NCBI RefSeq assembly: GCF_000091665.1
Contig: NC_000909.1
Span: forward strand, 182,871-214,870
Source: Methanocaldococcus jannaschii DSM 2661
GTDB lineage: Archaea > AGJL01 > Methanococci > Methanococcales > Methanocaldococcaceae
Length of the DNA stretch: 32,000 bases
Direction: 5' to 3'
Shown here: positions 29,191-32,000 of the stretch, piece by piece
Position numbering within the stretch: the first letter of the stretch is position 1
Layout of the letters: each line of letters opens with the position of its first letter
The notes under the pieces: model-generated
What the model was told of the DNA's origin: nothing
What the model saw: the letters and a program-made list of their open reading frames with translations, nothing else
Databases searched by the model: none
Program-made: the position numbers and the translations under genes

Positions 29191-31278
29191 TTAAGCAGTT
29201 GTGTATTCTCTATTTGCCTTGAATGGGCTAAACTTTTTACCTCCACCCTCATAGAACTGACTAAAGAACTCTACATAGTGCAACCTTAGTGAGTGGATAA
29301 ATGCCCCTAAACCATTCATTACGAAGTTAAATGTATGTCCTACCAACAATATGATTATAGCCACAATTATTCCAATTACTGGAATGGATTCACCGACAAG
29401 CTTAGCCATAATATTAACAGCCATTGCTAAACCTCCAGTTGCTAAACAGAGAGCTAACAATCTCGCGTATGATAAAACGTTTCCTAAGAATCCAGTAACA
29501 TCCATAGCTCCAAGAATTGCTTCCATTACTCCTCCGCTCTTATAACCCTTATACATTGAAGCTAAGATTGCCAATACAACAAAGATTCCGATTATTCCTC
29601 CAGCTATCATTGTATTTGCTCCAGCAAACATTAATCCAATTCCAACGAATATTGATAATATCAGCAATATCCAAACTCCCTGATTGATGAAAGCATCTCC
29701 CATATTTCCTCTTTTTACGTTCTCTTTGAATCCAACAAATAATCCAATTAACAGGTGTATTAATCCAACAAATATGGAAAATACTAATATTGCCATTGGC
29801 CCATTTGTTACGCTTATACTACCAAGGGTGAATAATGGGTTGTTGTTATTTATATAGTAGCTTTCTCCTAGTGGATTGACTAAAGCTAATGGTGTCTTTG
29901 TTACATCAAATCCAAAGAACTCATAGGTGAAATCCCCTAAATAACCTCCAGTTATAATACCCATTATAACTGTTGAAATTCCAGCCAATGTTAGAATATA
30001 ACCAAGCTTATTAGCTCCCTCACTAACTTTTCCAATTTTTTTCCAAATAAATAAACCTATTATAGTCAATAGCAAACCATAAACAGCGTCTGTTAGCATA
30101 ATTCCATAGAACAATAGGAAACCAGGAACCAGCAATAATGTTGGATCAACTTCATTGTATTTTGGTAGAGCATACATCTCTGTGAGCATCTCAAATGGTT
30201 TGATAACCTTTGGATTGTCAAGTAGAACAGGTATTTTCTCTTCTGGTTCATCTGGTTCAGTTATTTCAACAAATGCAAAACCATCTGCTGAATTTTCTAT
30301 TAAGCTTTTAGCTTTTTCAGCATCTCTTGCAGGAACCCATGCCTCTATGTAGTATGTTCTATCGGTCTTACCAAATTGTGAATAAGCATCTCCTCTTGCC
30401 TTCTCTATTGATAACAATTCATAAACAGCTAACAATTCCTTTTCCCATTTTTGTGCTAATGCTTTCAACTTTTCTATTAAGCTGTTTCTCTCTGATTCTA
30501 TTGCCTTTAATTCACTCTCTATTTTTGAGAGAGCCTCACTTGGTGTTCCTTCAACATCACTTATGTCATATCTTTCAAACTCAAACTTTCTAATCTCTGA
30601 TAAAACATTCTCAAGCTTCTCTTTCAATGTAACAAATACAATTGGAACCCTAATCTTCTTATCCTTTTCAAATTCACTTCCAGAGAATATTCCAATATAT
30701 CCATCTGCTACTTTATCAAGTTCTGCTTTCAATTCTCCAAGCTTTTCCTTAGGAACACTTCCTGCCCCAATAAATACATACTCTCCAGAACCAAGGTATT
30801 TTAAATCAAACTCTAAACCTTTTAAATAAGATATCTGCTCTTTCAGCTGTAATAACTTTGATTTTTTGTTATCTAACTCTGATAATCTCTCAGCAGGTCC
30901 ATCAACCTCTTTGCTAATCTCATTTAATACCTTTTCAGCATAATCAATAACTTCCTGATATGAGTTGAAGGAAACTTTCTTCTTTTCCACTGGCTTTGGG
31001 TTTAAGATATCTTTTATACTTGTCTCCTTCTGACTAACACTTGAAAACATGTCCAATATTCTACCTGCTTTTATCATCAATGATGTAACATTTCTAACAT
31101 AATCAGCTGATGATGAAGGTGATAACAATGTCTTCCATTCTAAATCCTCCAACTTTTCAGATAAATCACAGAGTTCCACTATCCCTTCTTCATGTAAGCT
31201 TCTTACAACATTATCAATTTTTTCATCCAATATCACCGCTTTTAACTTCTTCATTCTTACGGGTCTCACTAAAATCAC
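29191..31278 (-). CDS. atpI: A-type ATP synthase subunit I
   Basis: 695 aa, soluble N-terminal half and multi-span C-terminal half with SYARLLALCLATGGLAMAVN. Confidence 0.95.
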   Translation of the reverse strand: MILVRPVRMKKLKAVILDEKIDNVVRSLHEEGIVELCDLSEKLEDLEWKTLLSPSSSADYVRNVTSLMIKAGRILDMFSSVSQKETSIKDILNPKPVEKKKVSFNSYQEVIDYAEKVLNEISKEVDGPAERLSELDNKKSKLLQLKEQISYLKGLEFDLKYLGSGEYVFIGAGSVPKEKLGELKAELDKVADGYIGIFSGSEFEKDKKIRVPIVFVTLKEKLENVLSEIRKFEFERYDISDVEGTPSEALSKIESELKAIESERNSLIEKLKALAQKWEKELLAVYELLSIEKARGDAYSQFGKTDRTYYIEAWVPARDAEKAKSLIENSADGFAFVEITEPDEPEEKIPVLLDNPKVIKPFEMLTEMYALPKYNEVDPTLLLVPGFLLFYGIMLTDAVYGLLLTIIGLFIWKKIGKVSEGANKLGYILTLAGISTVIMGIITGGYLGDFTYEFFGFDVTKTPLALVNPLGESYYINNNNPLFTLGSISVTNGPMAILVFSIFVGLIHLLIGLFVGFKENVKRGNMGDAFINQGVWILLILSIFVGIGLMFAGANTMIAGGIIGIFVVLAILASMYKGYKSGGVMEAILGAMDVTGFLGNVLSYARLLALCLATGGLAMAVNIMAKLVGESIPVIGIIVAIIILLVGHTFNFVMNGLGAFIHSLRLHYVEFFSQFYEGGGKKFSPFKANREYTTA

Positions 31279-31286
31279 CTTTTTAT

Positions 31287-31601
31287 TTAAATTTCAAGAA
31301 TCTCAGACAATTTCAACGAAAGTATCTTAACCTTGGCAATGGATATGATTTCTTTTATCTCTTTTTCTGTCTCTTCAAGAATCTTTTCAGCTTCTTTTTT
31401 TGCTTCTTCCTCTGCCTTTTTAATCATCTCTTCAACAAGTTTTTTTGCCTCTTCTTCAGCTTCAGCAATGAGTTTTTTTGCTTCTTCAATTGCCTCTGCT
31501 TTTATCTGCTCAGCTCTATTTTTTGCTTCCTCTATTTCTTTAACTGCCTGTTCTTCAGCTAATTTTACTTCTTTTATTGCTTCCATAACACTAACGCTCA
31601 T
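31287..31601 (-). CDS. atpH: A-type ATP synthase subunit H (AhaH)
   Basis: 104-aa charged coiled coil rich in Ala/Glu/Lys, first gene of the operon. Confidence 0.92.
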
Positions 31602-31691
31602 ACTTCCACCTGCAGTTATTGGTAATATTTTAAAATAGGGTTATGTATATAAAATTTTTTATCTCTGACTCTATCAAATATTTTTAATATC

Positions 31692-32000
31692 AAATGTATT
31701 TAGTATAGCAATATATCACAGCTGGAATACTGCCAATAGCAGTGCAAGTTTCTAAAGACACCCTTTTTTCAGTTACATCTAAATGATAGACACAAGATTC
31801 CATTATATCTTTTGGTAGTCCATGCCTACCCAATCCAACATATACGCCAATTGGTTTTTTCTTTAATAAATAGGCAGTATCTAACGGAGTTATAGCCTTT
31901 TTTTCATCTGGTTTGGATGTTGAGGCAATTGGAATTCCAAATTGTGGTAGAAATTTATCAACAATAAAAAATCTATTTTTTTCGATTAATTTTTCTAAAT
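31692..32000 (-). CDS. C-terminal part of a conserved archaeal protein (DUF531/SPOUT-like), truncated by window edge
   Basis: Reverse translation ...KLIEKNRFFIVDKFLPQFGIPIASTSKPDEKKAITPLDTAYLLKKKPIGVYVGLGRHGLPKDIMESCVYHLDVTEKRVSLETCTAIGSIPAVIYCYTKYI*; stop at 31692-31694. Confidence 0.6.

Noticed and set aside
22870-31601. Atypical ATP synthase operon
   Set aside because: The order H-I-K-E-C-F-A-B matches archaeal A-type operons; subunit D is not in this window, but it can be encoded elsewhere, so absence here is not evidence of novelty.
1-32000. CRISPR array, transposase, integrase or restriction-modification system
   Set aside because: No regularly spaced repeats and no ORF with such motifs were seen; gene content is almost entirely housekeeping.

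Overview
AT-rich archaeal chromosome segment. The proteins and gene order look like Methanocaldococcus jannaschii (recognised from memory, no search run). Left to right: an edge-truncated minus-strand KAP-like P-loop ATPase with an in-frame TGA inside its Walker A motif; small membrane ORFs; argJ; a Cgi121-like KEOPS subunit gene; a CBS+ParB-like protein; tRNA-Ser(GGA); a ribosomal protein/RNA polymerase operon (rps13-rps4-rps11-rpoD-rpl18e-rpl13-rps9-rpoN-tRNA-Pro(GGG)-rpoK); an enolase-like gene; ferredoxin; hypC; DedA-like; DUF89; purM; purF; asd; DUF371; an archaeoflavoprotein; 4-phosphopantoate--beta-alanine ligase; sucC; a UDP-sugar epimerase; alba; a DUF54 protein; hypA; a dual-specificity phosphatase; and the A-type ATP synthase operon (atpH-I-K-E-C-F-A-B, minus strand). 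Most of this is ordinary housekeeping DNA, and I see no CRISPR array, transposon, intein or clear defence island. The best second-look items are: (1) an enolase paralog that has lost catalytic motifs but sits at the classical rpoN-rpoK-eno position, (2) a chain of overlapping, mutually exclusive hairpins between rpoK and that gene, (3) a vestigial second copy of the atpE 3' end between atpE and atpC, (4) the TGA in the KAP-like Walker A motif, (5) a possible frameshift-split small membrane protein at 724-1162, and (6) two related inverted-repeat intergenic elements. rpoK (57 aa, TTG start) and a 40-aa membrane ORF are missing from the supplied ORF track.
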